A DNA stretch of 64,000 bases. Source: Callorhinchus milii (taxonomy: Eukaryota). The DNA is taken from assembly GCF_018977255.1 (NCBI RefSeq), contig NW_024704742.1, forward strand, positions 7,194,001 through 7,258,000, read 5' to 3'. Under the pieces are notes generated by a model. It had not been told where the DNA came from and searched no databases. It was given only the letters and a program-made list of their open reading frames with translations. The translations under genes were made by a program, and so were the position numbers. Every line of letters begins with the position of its first letter. The first letter of the stretch is position 1. Below are positions 62,171 through 64,000 of this stretch, piece by piece.

Positions 62171-62189
62171 AAGTCTGGTATATAAAAAA

Positions 62190-62625
62190 AATCAATGTCT
62201 TATCAAGTTGTCAAAATGCCTCAAAGTACGTTCACAAGAATTTACTGCAAAGTGAAGTGACTGGTTATTCTGTAGATGAACACGGCACATAAAAGGCATA
62301 GCAATGTCCCACCAACAGCCAGGAGGTGAATGATCAATTTTATCTGGGTGAACGTTGGCTGGGATACCGGGAGAAACACCCTTCCCTTTTTCGAGTCATG
62401 TCATGGGATCTTTAACGTCCACCTGAACAGGCAGAAAGGATTTTAGTTTAACATTTCACCTGACGGATGGCAACTCCGACATTGCAGCACTTCCTCCCCC
62501 CCCAGCTCATAGTCTAGGCTGGAGTGTCAGCCTAGACTATGAGCTCAAAGATTTAATGTGGGGCTTAAACCCACAACCTTCTGACTCAAAGGTGAAAGAG
62601 CTACCAAGTGAGCCAGGCTCATTGC
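62190..62625 (-). mobile_element. Older Deu-domain SINE, near full length
   Basis: catgggatctttaacgtccacctgaacaggcag...ggagtgtcagcctagactatgagctc...cccacaaccttctgactc...gctaccaagtgagccaggct. Confidence 0.85.
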
Positions 62626-62699
62626 CCAGGCTGATACCAGACACTCCCTCTGCCAGACACATACCATGAGCAGTACAAATATTTCAAATGAAACTCAGG

Positions 62700-63146
62700 T
62701 TAATAATAATAATCCTTGCATTTGATATAGCGCCTTATCACGTTTCGCCCACAAATATACCGTCAATTTACGTTACAGTCTATTCTGTGAAGCGCTTTGA
62801 GACGTCAAGAAGACATAAAAAGCGCTCTATCAAATGCAAGGATTATTATTATATTTTATACTGTAAAGTGAATTGACTATGTTTTGTGGATGAAACGCAG
62901 CAGCCAATTGCGCACAGAAGTGTCCCACAAACAATAGTGGATTGAAGTGACCAATTTATTATTTTTCTTTAAGAAATTATTACCCCAGGAAAAGCGATCT
63001 GCCAATCGACTAGGAACCAGATTCCTACTTAATGGTAGATAAACAGAGGCGTGTGGAGTAAGGAAACATTTCACCCTGCCGGGAATCAAACCCAGGTCCT
63101 CTCGCTTGCTAGGCTACTGCTCTAACCACTGAGCTACAGGACACCA
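62700..63146 (-). mobile_element. Young SINE (long subfamily) with an oppositely oriented SINE tail (62740-62855) inside its 3' end
   Basis: The minus-strand tail breaks at ttatcacgt|ttcgcccac and resumes at tatactgtaaagtgaattgac. Confidence 0.88.
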
Positions 63147-63709
63147 GGTTGCTCATTACAACATGTAAGATATTTCCGCCATCAAATAAATCTTTTGCTT
63201 CTGAGATTCCACAATCTCTCATTGGTGGCAATCAGATCTAGAGTAACATATTAGAAGCAATCCCTCAGGATTATGGTTGTCATGACAGACGTTCCTGTAC
63301 AGTTTTGCAGATTTATGGATCAAATGTAGAGGTTGAAATGTGAGGTGTATTCCTGTCTCCATTTCACGGTATAAAGTGTATCGACTGTAAATGTGATCTC
63401 TCTTCCCCACGTGAACATCAAGTGTTTTTATTGCCTGCAGGATTGATGCCACTGTCTGCACCAAGAAGTACTAGAACATTGGCAGTAAAAGTGTCCCATT
63501 ACAGGTATCAATCCCTGTTACTCCATTGCACTAATCTTTATTGTCAGGGAGATTATGAAAGTCTTTCTCATAAAGTAGTGTGTGGGGCTGCTATTCAACT
63601 CTGTTCAGGAATGTACTACACGTCATGGGTGTTAGGCAGCTTGGCTCATTTGGCAGCATCATCACTAAGTCAGAAGGTCATGGGTTCTAGGTATATCCTT
63701 CCAGTGCAC

Positions 63710-64000
63710 TGTGGAGTCCTGTAGCTCAGTGGTTAGAGCACTCGCCTTGCAAGCGAGATACCTGGGTTCAATTCCAGGCAGGACGAAACCTTGGGCAAGT
63801 TTCCTTACTCCACACAGAGCCTAATAATAATCCTCCAAAAAACAATAATAAATTGGTCATTTTCAATCTATGACTGTTTGTGGGACGTTGCTGTGCGCAA
63901 TTGGCTGCCGTGTTTCGCCCACAAATATACGATCAATTCACTTTACTATTCACTTTACAGTCTATTCTGTGAAGCGCTTTGAGACGTCGAGAAGACGTGA
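63710..64000 (+). mobile_element. Young SINE, intermediate subfamily, runs off the window edge
   Basis: gtcctgtagctcagtggttagagcactcgccttgcaagcgag..ctgggttcaattccaggcaggac: A box, TGC anticodon, B box. Confidence 0.93.

Noticed and set aside
63714..63786. tRNA-Ala genes at the SINE heads
   Set aside because: Each is fused to a SINE body, has a 1-72 mismatch and variable anticodons, and lacks a nearby Pol III terminator.

Overview
This is eukaryotic, vertebrate non-coding DNA, not prokaryotic. The repeat landscape is typical of a cartilaginous fish (chimaera or shark; this is my inference). It consists of tRNA-headed Deu-domain SINEs with LINE2-type tails, L2 and CR1 LINE relics, and a Penelope-like inverted repeat. 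I could not recognise any host protein-coding exon, so the window reads as a gene desert or a very large intron. The only recognisable coding sequence is retrotransposon ORF2: a young but frameshifted, 5'-truncated CR1 at 35113-37388 (minus strand), plus several L2 and CR1 fragments. More than 30 copies of a young tRNA(Ala)-derived SINE fall into three subfamilies, alongside an older full-Deu-domain SINE and two tiny DNA-transposon MITEs. Repeat-free, homeodomain/POU-motif-rich blocks look like conserved non-coding enhancers. The best leads are an unclassified, highly structured ~500-bp mobile repeat (three copies), a Penelope-like fold-back carrying half of a hammerhead core, an apparent SINE tail update to match the partner L2, and the CNE candidates. 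Family names are from memory of consensus motifs, not from a database search, and repeat boundaries are approximate.
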